A DNA stretch of 64,000 bases from Methylophilaceae bacterium. Lineage in GTDB: Bacteria; Pseudomonadota; Gammaproteobacteria; Burkholderiales; Methylophilaceae. The DNA is taken from positions 47,656-111,655 of the forward strand of contig JANOQW010000013.1 in NCBI GenBank assembly GCA_031422335.1. The letters are read 5' to 3'. Positions 47,823 to 57,991 of this stretch are shown here, piece after piece (position 1 is the first letter of the stretch; the number at the start of each line of letters is the position of its first letter). A program made the translations under genes and the position numbers. The notes under the pieces are model-generated. The model did not search any database. It was not told the DNA's origin and saw nothing but the letters and a program-made list of their open reading frames with translations.

Positions 47823-49268
47823 ATGGTTATTCGATCAAAATCAAGATCTGTGCTACAGCGCAGAAAAGGTCTCGTCAACTTATTACAACCCTTATTGGAT
47901 GGCATCGCTATTATTGGAGTTGCTTGGTTTTTTGTTGCCGCACACATTGGCTTTATTACGCAAGATTACGTTATTTTGATGTTGGTGTTATTGGGTATGG
48001 TGTCGGTGATGTATGATCGGTATGCAATTTACCGTACTAGCCAAAATTTTGCCAATAAAATCTTCAGTCTGTTCAACGCTTGGACGTTGAGCTTTTTAGC
48101 TTTGTTTTTACTAGCTTTTTTGACTAAACAAACTGAAGTTTATTCTCGTGTCGTTATTACTGAGGTCTATATCTTCGGTTTTTTAGTACAAGCGGCTATT
48201 CACTTACTTATTAGAGTGGCTGCAAGAAAGCTAAATAAACACAGTCAAGTCACAGATAATGTGATTATTGTTGGGCAAGGACAGTTGGCAAATTACCTAG
48301 AACATAAAATTAGCTCAAATCCTTGGCTAAATCAACACGTAGTGGGAAATGTTGCGATTGATGAAGAGCTAAAGCAGAATCGAGTAGAACAAAAATCCGA
48401 ATTAAATGAGTATGCTACTAGTCGTACTATTCAGCTCGGTAAGGTAGCTGAACTGCCTGATTTAATTGACACCCATGGTATTACTACAATTTATATTGTT
48501 ACCCCCTTGGAGTCTTCTAAGGTGCTAGAGGAGCTGTACTTTGTGTTGCTGGATAAACATGTCTCAATCCATTGGATACCTGATATTTTTTCATTAAGAC
48601 TGATTAATCATAGTGTTAGAGAGATTGCAGGCATACCCGTATTAACGCTTTCTGAGACGCCGCTGACGGGTATTAGCAAGCTCAGCAAATCTATAGAAGA
48701 TAAAGTGCTATCTTTTATAATTCTGTTGCTTATTAGCCCAATATTATTATTGCTTGCACTAGCAGTTAAATTAGATAGTCCTGGACCCGTATTTTTTAGG
48801 CAAAAAAGAGCGGGTTGGAATGGTAAAACATTTAATATTTGGAAATTTCGCAGTATGTATGTTGGGCAACAGGTAGCTGAAGACATTCAACTGATACAAG
48901 CGAAAAAAGATGATCTGCGCATTACCAAACTTGGGGCATTTATTCGTAGAACCAGCCTAGATGAGCTGCCACAATTGTTGAACGTGTTAACGGGTGATAT
49001 GTCTTTAGTGGGTCCTAGGCCACATGCTGTGCAGCATGATGAAGTATATTCTGCCCGTATTAATGATTATTATGCTCGTCATAATATTAAACCTGGTATT
49101 ACAGGCCTTGCGCAGGTGAGGGGCTATAGAGGTGAAACAAAAGAACTAGACCAAATGACCAAGCGTATTGAGTCTGATATTGAATACATTAATAATTGGT
49201 CAGTTTGGCTGGATCTGTCCATTTTGGCAAGAACAACAATGGCCTTTACTGGAAAAGACGCTTATTGA
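47823..49268 (+). CDS. epsB: Undecaprenyl-phosphate glucose phosphotransferase (EpsB/WcaJ-like)
   Basis: N-terminal TMs, KFRSM, RRTSLDELPQL, GPRPHA, KPGITGLAQV.G.RGET. Confidence 0.88.
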   Translation: MVIRSKSRSVLQRRKGLVNLLQPLLDGIAIIGVAWFFVAAHIGFITQDYVILMLVLLGMVSVMYDRYAIYRTSQNFANKIFSLFNAWTLSFLALFLLAFLTKQTEVYSRVVITEVYIFGFLVQAAIHLLIRVAARKLNKHSQVTDNVIIVGQGQLANYLEHKISSNPWLNQHVVGNVAIDEELKQNRVEQKSELNEYATSRTIQLGKVAELPDLIDTHGITTIYIVTPLESSKVLEELYFVLLDKHVSIHWIPDIFSLRLINHSVREIAGIPVLTLSETPLTGISKLSKSIEDKVLSFIILLLISPILLLLALAVKLDSPGPVFFRQKRAGWNGKTFNIWKFRSMYVGQQVAEDIQLIQAKKDDLRITKLGAFIRRTSLDELPQLLNVLTGDMSLVGPRPHAVQHDEVYSARINDYYARHNIKPGITGLAQVRGYRGETKELDQMTKRIESDIEYINNWSVWLDLSILARTTMAFTGKDAY

Positions 49269-49518
49269 TTCAAGCCTGTAGGTACAATTAAAATTTAGTA
49301 CAGCAATAGATTGATAATATGACCTTAGCGGGCTATTGTGTCTTTCACTAAATGTTATCAAAATAAGCGATTAGAATAGTAATAATTTTTAAAATTTGTT
49401 GTATTAAAAGATAAGCTTTCAAAAACTTCGCAATATTTCACTTTTAAGGCTAGGCTTTTCTTAAAAAGGGGCGACAAGTCCTTTTTTTTATATTATTGTT
49501 TCAATATTGGAGAAAAAT

Positions 49519-50079
49519 ATGAATACAAAACTAATTTTTACAGTTTTTCTAAGCGGTTTATTATTGCCTGGGATGGCACTTTCGGCTGATACTGATGCAA
49601 GCTATAGATTAAATCCTGGTGATGCATTGCAAGTGTCAGTATGGGGTGAAGAGTCGTTGCAAAAAGAAGTCATTGTGTTGCCTGATGGGAGTATTTCATT
49701 CCCCCTAGCTGGTCGTGTAGAAGTTGCGAATGCGACTTCGCCAGAGGTAGAAAAGCTGGTTACTGAAAAGCTTAAAGCATATTTACCAGACCCCCAAGTA
49801 ACTGTGGTAGTGTCAAATATCCAAGGTAACCGCGCTTACATCTTGGGCAAAGTGCTCAAACCAGGCCCAATTCTACTTTCCGCACCTACCAGTGTGTTGC
49901 AAGCGCTTAGTCAAGCGGGTGGATTGGATAGATTTGCTGACTTGGATGACATTAAAATCGTTCGCGCAGGTGCAAATGGCCAGACTGTAATCGCAGTCAA
50001 CTACGATAAGCTAATTAAAGGCCAGCAGCTTGAATCAAACATCATGCTTAAAAATGGCGATACAATTTTAGTACCTTGA
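49519..50079 (+). CDS. Polysaccharide export protein (Wza/OPX family)
   Basis: YRLNPGD.LQVSVW, VLPDGSISFPLAG, SLBB-like L..GDTILVP. GGAG RBS before ATG 49519. Confidence 0.88.
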   Translation: MNTKLIFTVFLSGLLLPGMALSADTDASYRLNPGDALQVSVWGEESLQKEVIVLPDGSISFPLAGRVEVANATSPEVEKLVTEKLKAYLPDPQVTVVVSNIQGNRAYILGKVLKPGPILLSAPTSVLQALSQAGGLDRFADLDDIKIVRAGANGQTVIAVNYDKLIKGQQLESNIMLKNGDTILVP

Positions 50080-50094
50080 TGTGAATTTGTTTAA

Positions 50095-51234
50095 GTGAAT
50101 CTATTAGTCATAAGTTTGTATCAAGTTAATCAGTTGAAACTGCATGCGTTTAAAGGGCTTTCTGCCCTTATTTTTCTTTTTTCCACTATGCAAGCCAATG
50201 CACTTGTGGTGTTACAAGACGCCTCCGTCACGCTTGGCACTGACTTTGACACAAATCCAATCATGTCAGAAGATTCGCAGTCTATTTGGCGCTATACGAT
50301 TTCGCCCAGATATTCTATTTCTGCTAATCAAGATCAAAACCGCTGGTATTCTAATGCTGCAATAAGATTTCAGCGATCCTCAGACAAAGAAATTTCGGTT
50401 GATCGGGAAGACCCTACAATCAATATTGGTTGGGATAGAGACTATGACCGTGGCCGTTTCGGTCTAATTGCAAACTATAACAAAACTAGTACACGTATTA
50501 CCGAATTTGATGGTACAGGCTTGGTGGTGAATGACGGGAGTTCAACCAATAGATCGGTTGGTGCAGATTGGCAACATTTATTAAACGAAAAATTGAGTCT
50601 TACACTTGGTAGCAGGTTACTTAAAACAAAATTCAGTGGCGGCTCAGGTTTTACTGATTTATCGATTAAGTCAATAAACTCATCACTGAGTTATTCTTTG
50701 ACTGAGAGCGTCAGCCCATTTGTCCAGTTTGGTTACACTGAACTAGACAATAGAGCGTCAAATGTTGACATAATAAAATCTCAAAATTATATGTTGGGCG
50801 CTAATTTTACGCCAAGCGCCAACTTAAATCTTACTGCTGCGCTTGGGATTACACACATTTCTGATGTGGGTAACAGTGAAGTTGGCAATGCAAGTTTTAA
50901 TTATTTAGGCGAGCGTTATCAGTTTCGTGGGTCTGCGGAGCGGACTGTCTCGGCAAGTAGCCTTGGTGTTTTTCAAGAGTCTGATCGCTACTCTTTGGGG
51001 TATGCATACGATTTGTCAGAAAAATCACGTATTGGGACTGATTTCATTTTACGCAAAAATAATACTGTAACTGACATTAAGACTAGACAGTTAAGTGGCT
51101 TTTATACTCGTGAATTAACAGAATATTGGCAAATGCGTCTTTTCTTGCAGTTGAGAGAACTTGATAACGTTACCGTTAATGCACATGGTGAAACTATTGG
51201 GTTCACCTTCACCTATAACACTCCTGAATTTTAA
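50095..51234 (+). CDS. Outer-membrane beta-barrel protein of the EPS export locus
   Basis: Signal peptide ending ANA, alternating amphipathic strands, aromatic C-terminus (YNTPEF), located between Wza and Wzc. Confidence 0.7.
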   Translation: MNLLVISLYQVNQLKLHAFKGLSALIFLFSTMQANALVVLQDASVTLGTDFDTNPIMSEDSQSIWRYTISPRYSISANQDQNRWYSNAAIRFQRSSDKEISVDREDPTINIGWDRDYDRGRFGLIANYNKTSTRITEFDGTGLVVNDGSSTNRSVGADWQHLLNEKLSLTLGSRLLKTKFSGGSGFTDLSIKSINSSLSYSLTESVSPFVQFGYTELDNRASNVDIIKSQNYMLGANFTPSANLNLTAALGITHISDVGNSEVGNASFNYLGERYQFRGSAERTVSASSLGVFQESDRYSLGYAYDLSEKSRIGTDFILRKNNTVTDIKTRQLSGFYTRELTEYWQMRLFLQLRELDNVTVNAHGETIGFTFTYNTPEF

Positions 51235-51250
51235 GTAAAATTTATTTACC

Positions 51251-52825
51251 ATGGCTATGGAATACGAACTAACTCTGTCTGATTACTTATCTATTTTGAA
51301 ACGCAGATGGGGACAAATGCTTGCGGTAGCAGGCTTGATTTTAGCTGCATCCATTGCAACAGCATTGTTGCTGGCGCCAGTCTATCAATCGACTGGTACT
51401 ATTTTGGTTGAATCGCAACAGATTCCTCCTGATTTAGTCAAAGCTACGGTTACTAGTTACGCAGACGAACGTATTGAAGTGATTAAACAACGGGTAATGA
51501 CGCGGGAAAATTTGTATCGTATTATTCAAAAATATAAGCTGTATCCAGATGAAGTGGATTCTCAAACCACTTCAACTTTAGTTGATCAATTACGTGAAGC
51601 GTTATCTGTAGAGCTAGTTAGTGCTGATGTGCAAGGTGTTAAAGGCGGTAAAGCAACCATTGCTTTCAAAGTGGGGTTTGAATACGTTAAACCAGAAATT
51701 GCACATAAGGTAGCCAATGAAATAGTCACTTTATTTTTAGATGAAAATGTAAAAGTAAGAACAGAGCGAGCAACTGAAACTACTGAGTTTTTAACACAAG
51801 AGCTAGACAAGTTAAAAATTGAGTTAGAAGAAGTCGAGAATAAAGTTGCAAGTTTTAAGCAGAAAAATGCTAATTCATTACCTGAGCACTTGGAAATGCA
51901 CATGGGTATGATGCAGCGTGTAGATGCTGACATTAAAGAACTAGACCGTGAGTATAAATCAACACAAGAAGAGTTGAGATACTTAGATGTAGAGCTAACA
52001 TCAACTCAATCTGCTATAAAGTCTGTAGGCAAAGAGTCACTAACAATCTCTGAGTTGGATAAAGCAAAAGCAGAGCTAGATCGTTCTTTGGTATTATATA
52101 AAGATACACACCCTACAATTCGTGCGCTAAAAAGAAAAATTGAGACATTAGAAAAAGCTGTGCTAAGCCCTGCTGAAGTTAAAGTGCCAGCAAACAATGT
52201 AGAAAATGATTTAGTAGTTGCAAAAATTAAAGCACAAATTGAAGCTGCAAAAGTGCGATTAAGTTCGATTTCAGACCAAAAAAGAAGTATGCAGGCAAAA
52301 ATTGGGCAGTTGCAAAGCCAGGTAACGCAAAGTCCTCAGGTTGAGCGCGGCATGTTTACTTTGATGCGTGATTATGAAAACGCTAAAGCCAAATATGAAG
52401 AGGTGAAATCTAAGCAAGTTAACGCTAAAATTGCAGAACACTTAGAATCGGAAAATAAAGCAGAGCGCTTTTCAATACTAGAACCACCGATTTTCCCTGA
52501 TAAACCGATTAAACCAGATAGAAAAAAAATCATTGCGCTGGGTATATTCGCCTCACTTGCTGGTGCGTTGGGTCTAGTTGCATTGCTAGAAACTTTGGAC
52601 AAAAGAGTTAGAGGGCTGGAGTCCTTAACCTCATTAATTAAAATGCGACCATTAGTGGTGATACCCTATATTACGACGCAAGCTGAACTTAAGCGTGCCA
52701 AGAAGACCACTAAATATGTATTAATTTCAATTGCTACACTCGTTATTTTGGTACTGGCAATCATTCATTTTATGATTATGCCACTAGATTTTTTGATGGC
52801 TAAATTGCTAACCAAATTTGTATAG
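51251..52825 (+). CDS. Polysaccharide co-polymerase (Wzc/GumC membrane component)
   Basis: DYLSILKRR, PVYQSTGTILVE, long coiled coil, RFSILEPP..P..P.KP, two TM regions. Confidence 0.9.
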   Translation: MAMEYELTLSDYLSILKRRWGQMLAVAGLILAASIATALLLAPVYQSTGTILVESQQIPPDLVKATVTSYADERIEVIKQRVMTRENLYRIIQKYKLYPDEVDSQTTSTLVDQLREALSVELVSADVQGVKGGKATIAFKVGFEYVKPEIAHKVANEIVTLFLDENVKVRTERATETTEFLTQELDKLKIELEEVENKVASFKQKNANSLPEHLEMHMGMMQRVDADIKELDREYKSTQEELRYLDVELTSTQSAIKSVGKESLTISELDKAKAELDRSLVLYKDTHPTIRALKRKIETLEKAVLSPAEVKVPANNVENDLVVAKIKAQIEAAKVRLSSISDQKRSMQAKIGQLQSQVTQSPQVERGMFTLMRDYENAKAKYEEVKSKQVNAKIAEHLESENKAERFSILEPPIFPDKPIKPDRKKIIALGIFASLAGALGLVALLETLDKRVRGLESLTSLIKMRPLVVIPYITTQAELKRAKKTTKYVLISIATLVILVLAIIHFMIMPLDFLMAKLLTKFV

Positions 52826-52834
52826 AGACGCGCT

Positions 52835-53659
52835 ATGGAAAAAATTAAAGATGCATTAGCAAAAGCAAGGTTGCAAAACACTAGTGTAATAACAACACAA
52901 TTACCAACTGAGAAAGTGCCATCAGCCAAGTTTCAAAATACAGAAAATGAGCTAAGTAAAATCAACTATCTTAATACGCCTGTAATTAAGCTTGATTCTG
53001 CGCATTTAGAAAAAAATCGTATCGTAGCACATGTAAAAAATGATATAAATAGTGGTGTATTTGATTCGTTAAGAACTCAGATATTACAAAAGATGGAAGA
53101 GAACAATTGGCGCACAATCGCAGTAGTGTCGCCAACACCAGAGTCTGGTAAAACCTTAGTATCCATAAATCTGGCAATTAGTATTGCACACCAACCACAA
53201 AAAACAGCTGTTTTGGTCGATTTTGACTTGCGCAGACCTAAAGTGGCTAGTTATTTAGGAATTCATACCGAAAACTCGATGAATGAATATTTAACTGGCA
53301 AATCTCCAGTTCAAGACGCGATGTTTAACCCAGACATTCCTAGGTTGGTTGTAATGCCAACGATGAGGCCTGTATCAAAATCTTCTGAAATCTTATCTTC
53401 CAAGAAAATTGAAAATTTAATCCAAGAATTAAGAGACCGTTATGATTCTAGGATTATCATTTTTGATTGTCCTCCAGTGCTTAATTCAGATGACGCAATG
53501 GTATTGCTTCCGCAAGTAGATTGTATACTATTGGTAGTGGCTAATGGCATGTCTACGCAAGCTGAGATCGATGAAACTATGCATCATTTGCCAAAAGATA
53601 ATTTGTTAGGTGTAGTGCTTAATAAAGCCGAGGTGGAATCTAAAGCTTATTACTACTAG
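52835..53659 (+). CDS. CpsD/CapB tyrosine kinase
   Basis: FDSLRTQI, SPTPESGKT, LVDFDLRRP, IFDCPP, C-terminal YYY. Confidence 0.92.
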   Translation: MEKIKDALAKARLQNTSVITTQLPTEKVPSAKFQNTENELSKINYLNTPVIKLDSAHLEKNRIVAHVKNDINSGVFDSLRTQILQKMEENNWRTIAVVSPTPESGKTLVSINLAISIAHQPQKTAVLVDFDLRRPKVASYLGIHTENSMNEYLTGKSPVQDAMFNPDIPRLVVMPTMRPVSKSSEILSSKKIENLIQELRDRYDSRIIIFDCPPVLNSDDAMVLLPQVDCILLVVANGMSTQAEIDETMHHLPKDNLLGVVLNKAEVESKAYYY

Positions 53660-53670
53660 CCGAATTTCAA

Positions 53671-53853
53671 ATGAAAAAATTAACACCAATCATAGAGAGT
53701 AAGCGAAATTTTTTAAAGCTCTCCACCATATTGCCTCTTACATTAGCGCTAAAAGATTTGCCGTTTAATCATGTGTCCTCAATATTTTTAGATGATGATA
53801 TTGTGATAATTAACGGCTGGGTACTGCTAAAATCCGATTTTATTCAAAGTTAA
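53671..53853 (+). CDS. Small protein with Tat-like motif upstream of a GMC oxidoreductase
   Basis: SKRNFLK followed by a hydrophobic stretch; C-terminal IVIINGWVLLKSD; fits between its neighbours with 11- and 9-nt gaps. Confidence 0.6.
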   Translation: MKKLTPIIESKRNFLKLSTILPLTLALKDLPFNHVSSIFLDDDIVIINGWVLLKSDFIQS

Positions 53854-53862
53854 TAGATAAAA

Positions 53863-55317
53863 ATGCTGATTGATTTAGAACTCCTCCCAGAAAATTTTAA
53901 TTTTAAAAAATATGATGTATGTATATGCGGCACTGGTCCTGCGGGTATTAGTGTTGCTAGAGTGCTAGCAGCAAAAGGTAAAAAAGTTGCACTGCTAGAA
54001 GGTGGCTCATTGGCTTATACCGAGCAATCTCAGTCACTATATGAAGGTAAAAGTATTGGCATAAATGATTGGGATGCAGTAGAAAACTGCCGCTTACGTT
54101 ACTTTGGCGGCACATCTAATCACTGGTCTGGTTTATGTTCCTATTTTGATGACAGTGATTTCGAGCCGAGATCTGATGGATTCTCTGGTTGGCCAATTAC
54201 TCGGCTAGAAGCCTATAAATATTTTGACTTAGCGAAAGAAGTGCTAGACCTTCCCAAAGATGCATTTTTAAATATTCCAAAGTGGCAAGGTGCAAATTTT
54301 AAGTCCTTTATGAGTGCAATGAGTCCACCTACAAGGTTCGGTGTGAAATATCACGAAGAGCTTAAGAGTTCAGACAACATTGATTTGTTTATCAATGCTA
54401 ATTTAACTAACATCCACCTCCATGAAAACTTTAGGGCAGTTAAACACTTGGAGGTTAAATCGTATAAAAAAACCAAATTCCTGTTTAAGTCAAAGCATTA
54501 TGTGCTTGCCATGGGTGCTATTGAAAATGCCCGCTTATTATTAGCAAGTAATAAGCAAATGACGCAAGGTATAGGCAATCAAAATGATATGGTAGGGCGC
54601 TGTTACATGGAACATTTTAGCGTCGGCTACGGACGATTTGCACTAGATAATAAGACGCCTTGGAAAAACGGAAAAATTACATTAAATCCATCTCCAGAAT
54701 TAATTAGAAAAACTAAAATTGGCAACGCAGTGTTGTCGTTTGATCCAGATTTTCAGGCGGAAAGCTACGGTAGAACGCGTGTTCTAAAGCAAGCACTTAG
54801 AAATTTTGTTTGTAAATCTCAACCTGCTACAGAGTTTTCTAGAAAGTTAATTGATTTTAATTGCGTTGGTGACGGATACATTACTAGCATGATTGAGCAA
54901 TCGCCAAATTTAGATAGCCGTGTTACGCTTGACAAGATAGTGGATGTTTTTGGTATCCCCAAAGTTATTCATAATTGGAAGTATAACGATTTAGATATTC
55001 ACACTATTTCTACCCTAGGTATTGAAGCAGCCAAAGAAATGGCTAGATTAAAGGTTGCACGCGTACAACTTGCAGATTACATTTTAGATAAAGATATACC
55101 CTCTAAAGAATTAGGCCATCATTGCCATCAAATGGGTACTACGCGTATGTCTGCTGTGCCTAAGGATGGCGTGGTTGATGAAAATTTGCGCGTACATGGT
55201 GTGAAAAATTTATACATTGCGGGTAGTAGTGTTTTCCCGACTGGTGGGGGTTGCAACCCAACATTTACACTAACCATGCTATCCATTAGGCTCGGTGAAC
55301 ATTTAAATACACTGTAA
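53863..55317 (+). CDS. GMC-family FAD oxidoreductase
   Basis: DVCICGTGPAG, GGTSNHW, HQMGTTRM, GVVDENLRVHG..NLYIAGSSVFPT.G..NPT. Confidence 0.9.
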   Translation: MLIDLELLPENFNFKKYDVCICGTGPAGISVARVLAAKGKKVALLEGGSLAYTEQSQSLYEGKSIGINDWDAVENCRLRYFGGTSNHWSGLCSYFDDSDFEPRSDGFSGWPITRLEAYKYFDLAKEVLDLPKDAFLNIPKWQGANFKSFMSAMSPPTRFGVKYHEELKSSDNIDLFINANLTNIHLHENFRAVKHLEVKSYKKTKFLFKSKHYVLAMGAIENARLLLASNKQMTQGIGNQNDMVGRCYMEHFSVGYGRFALDNKTPWKNGKITLNPSPELIRKTKIGNAVLSFDPDFQAESYGRTRVLKQALRNFVCKSQPATEFSRKLIDFNCVGDGYITSMIEQSPNLDSRVTLDKIVDVFGIPKVIHNWKYNDLDIHTISTLGIEAAKEMARLKVARVQLADYILDKDIPSKELGHHCHQMGTTRMSAVPKDGVVDENLRVHGVKNLYIAGSSVFPTGGGCNPTFTLTMLSIRLGEHLNTL

Positions 55318-55330
55318 TAGCGCAAAGTGT

Positions 55331-56314
55331 TTAACGCCAATATTTGTTCATGTAATTTCTAATTGGGTTTTCAATCAGGTAATACGAAATTAACCCAATA
55401 CTTATAGCTACTATTAAGTACATTACTTTTTCCACAAGAGTTATTGCATCTATGTGTTCTACATAGTAGAAATAAACAGGATGCTGCCATACGTATATAG
55501 AGTATGACCACACTCCCATCAATCTAAGCGGTTTCCATGCAAATACGCTAAGTATCATATTGGGGAATTTAGATAAGTGGTGAAACGAAAATGCCAATAA
55601 AATAGGTGCTAACAAAAATGTCAAATACCAAGGCGTGTTAGCAAGAAAGCAAGCTGCAGAAAGTGCAAATGCAAGTGTCACTACCCATGTAGAAACATAG
55701 GTATCAATACGATCACGAATTAAAAAATACCCCGCTGAAAGAAGTAAAAAACTAGCAATCACTTCTGTACGAATTTTAAATAAAGGTGGTGCCAAATCTG
55801 GGTTATAAACATAAAAACCAAATAGAAGGGTAGAGCATAAGCCTAAAGGAATCAACAGGTAGTGCTCTTTACTTTTTAGCATAGTTATCAAAGTTACAAG
55901 ACTTAATAAAATATAGCAGTGTTCCTCTACATTTAGCGACCATAAATGATTAATTGGAATACCTGAATTCCACATGTCAGGTGTTGCAGGAAAGTAGGCT
56001 CTTAAAAAAATTAATGTGTAGAGGTAGTTAGAGGCTTCTGGCGCAGCAGTATATAAAGCGTATAGATAAATTACAGATACATAAATAAAGAAAACAGGCA
56101 GTATTCTGCTAATCCGTCGCTTGTAAAACAAGGCTAACGGCGTTCTTTTCACAAACAGGATATTACTCATTAAAGCGCCAGATAAAACAAAAAAACTGGC
56201 GACCCCAAATTTACCTGAATAAAACCCTGGAATTGTGAGGAAGTGAGAAATTAAGACTAATACAATCGCCATACCACGCCAACCATCGTAATGAATATTT
56301 CTATCAATAACCAT
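55331..56314 (-). CDS. Acyltransferase_3 (OafA-like) membrane O-acyltransferase
   Basis: DGWRGMAI..V...H, GVASFFVLSG, FYKRRISRILP, HLWSLNVEEHCY, SYSIYVWQ. Start placed at ATG 56314. Confidence 0.9.
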   Translation of the reverse strand: MVIDRNIHYDGWRGMAIVLVLISHFLTIPGFYSGKFGVASFFVLSGALMSNILFVKRTPLALFYKRRISRILPVFFIYVSVIYLYALYTAAPEASNYLYTLIFLRAYFPATPDMWNSGIPINHLWSLNVEEHCYILLSLVTLITMLKSKEHYLLIPLGLCSTLLFGFYVYNPDLAPPLFKIRTEVIASFLLLSAGYFLIRDRIDTYVSTWVVTLAFALSAACFLANTPWYLTFLLAPILLAFSFHHLSKFPNMILSVFAWKPLRLMGVWSYSIYVWQHPVYFYYVEHIDAITLVEKVMYLIVAISIGLISYYLIENPIRNYMNKYWR

Positions 56315-56360
56315 AATTATTAGGCGAGTATTTAAAAAAAGAGTTAGTGAGATATTTAAG

Positions 56361-57863
56361 TTAATTGGCACTAGCTTCTTTTTGTTGTAAATTAACCTTG
56401 ACGATTTGTGCATAAGCAATAGCTAATCCAATTAAAGACCAATAAACGATTGGCACGGTTGAAATAGAACTTGCAGTAGCGATAGTCAACATAATGCCTA
56501 CTAGGATTGCGATAAGACTTCTACCCATATTATGTAGTGGGTTTTTCTTATCTTGATTGATGTTCAAGTAGTACCGGACTCTAAGTATGGTGCTGATAAA
56601 AACACTCACAAATAAAGCTAGCCCCACATAGCCTGTTTCAAGCGTCACACGAAGATAAGAGTTCACAATATCAATAATTCCTTGGCCCTGAATCATTTTT
56701 TGCATTTCTGGTGTTTCAAGGTAGTTACTCGAGCCAAAAAAAGGGTTTCTGTCAATGACAATCATTGAGTTTTTAAATAGTTGCTCTCGATAAGTAATGG
56801 TGCTTTTTTCTGTTTCGCCAATAAAAGGAATTAGATTTACATATTTTTGACCGCCAGGCAGAGCGGATAAAATAAAGAAAGAAAGCATTGCCGCAAATGC
56901 TAACAAGCCAACTTTTTTAACTGCGGAGGGGCCGTAGAGAAGATAGACGACTATCATTGCAGCTGCGCCGACCCAAGGACCACGAGAGAGTGGAGCAAGT
57001 AGCCCTAGAATAATCAAAATAAAACCTAATCTTTTTAGTGTTTTTTGTTGAATATATTGGCTTAAATGTAAATAAAAGCCAAGTGCGATAGTCATAAAGT
57101 AGCCTAAAATGATAGGGTGACCTAGCGTCGCAACTGCGCGCACTTCGCCACTTCTGCCCAAATAATTGCTCATAAAATTACCAGTGCCAAGTGCATCACC
57201 TAGTTTATAGTAAAGTATCCAATGTTTAGCACTTTCAAACACTGCAATGAAAGCGATTACAATGGCTGAAGTTACAAATGCAGCCATGACTGTTTTCATT
57301 TGCTGCATATCTTTTACGCCACGGCTAGCCACATAATAGGGTAAAAATACATCGATGAATGTATTAAAGCATTTTCTTAGTGAGTCGGTGAAGGTGGTAT
57401 CTCTGAACTCCAAACCAACAACCACTAACAAATACAGTAACAAAAACTTATCTGTCCATATTTTAGTAAATTTAAATTGGTTACTTCGAGATATGGAAAT
57501 TGCGGCGGGCAATAAAATAAGCAGAATGATAAACCTAGGATGCGTAATGGTTGTAATGTAATTGACTAAGCCAAGGCCTGGTATTTTTAAGCCAATTGGC
57601 GGTATCACAAACAATAAAATAAAAAAAAGCGCCATTTTATTTTTAACTTGCTTGGTAAAAAACACAATAAACATGCTGCTAACCAGCAAATAAACCCAAA
57701 AATTGTGCGCTAAAAATGCGGTTACCACCACAGCAAACCAAACATTTCGCCATTTGTTAAAATCTGTATTGGTAACATTGTGTTGTACTAATTTTTTTGC
57801 GAAGGCAAACCCAGTAGTCGCAAAAAAAACAATAACAATGAGGGCGCGGATATGTTCAGGCAT
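56361..57863 (-). CDS. Wzy polymerase / O-antigen ligase family membrane protein
   Basis: Multi-TM protein with RAVATLGHPI, SRGPW, YREQLF, NPFFG and IVNSYL (Wzy_C-like). Confidence 0.8.
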   Translation of the reverse strand: MPEHIRALIVIVFFATTGFAFAKKLVQHNVTNTDFNKWRNVWFAVVVTAFLAHNFWVYLLVSSMFIVFFTKQVKNKMALFFILLFVIPPIGLKIPGLGLVNYITTITHPRFIILLILLPAAISISRSNQFKFTKIWTDKFLLLYLLVVVGLEFRDTTFTDSLRKCFNTFIDVFLPYYVASRGVKDMQQMKTVMAAFVTSAIVIAFIAVFESAKHWILYYKLGDALGTGNFMSNYLGRSGEVRAVATLGHPIILGYFMTIALGFYLHLSQYIQQKTLKRLGFILIILGLLAPLSRGPWVGAAAMIVVYLLYGPSAVKKVGLLAFAAMLSFFILSALPGGQKYVNLIPFIGETEKSTITYREQLFKNSMIVIDRNPFFGSSNYLETPEMQKMIQGQGIIDIVNSYLRVTLETGYVGLALFVSVFISTILRVRYYLNINQDKKNPLHNMGRSLIAILVGIMLTIATASSISTVPIVYWSLIGLAIAYAQIVKVNLQQKEASAN

Positions 57864-57991
57864 TATTGGTATGGAAAGTAAGAATTGTTGAATAATTTAG
57901 CTATAATCTATATAACAAGAATATCACATAGTTTCTATCTTATTTCGTCATAGGTTTTGTAATATAACTAAATTGTTGTACTGGATTTAAT

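Noticed and set aside
51251-53659. Split Wzc (membrane part and separate kinase)
   Set aside because: This arrangement is common in proteobacterial EPS and PEP-CTERM-associated loci.
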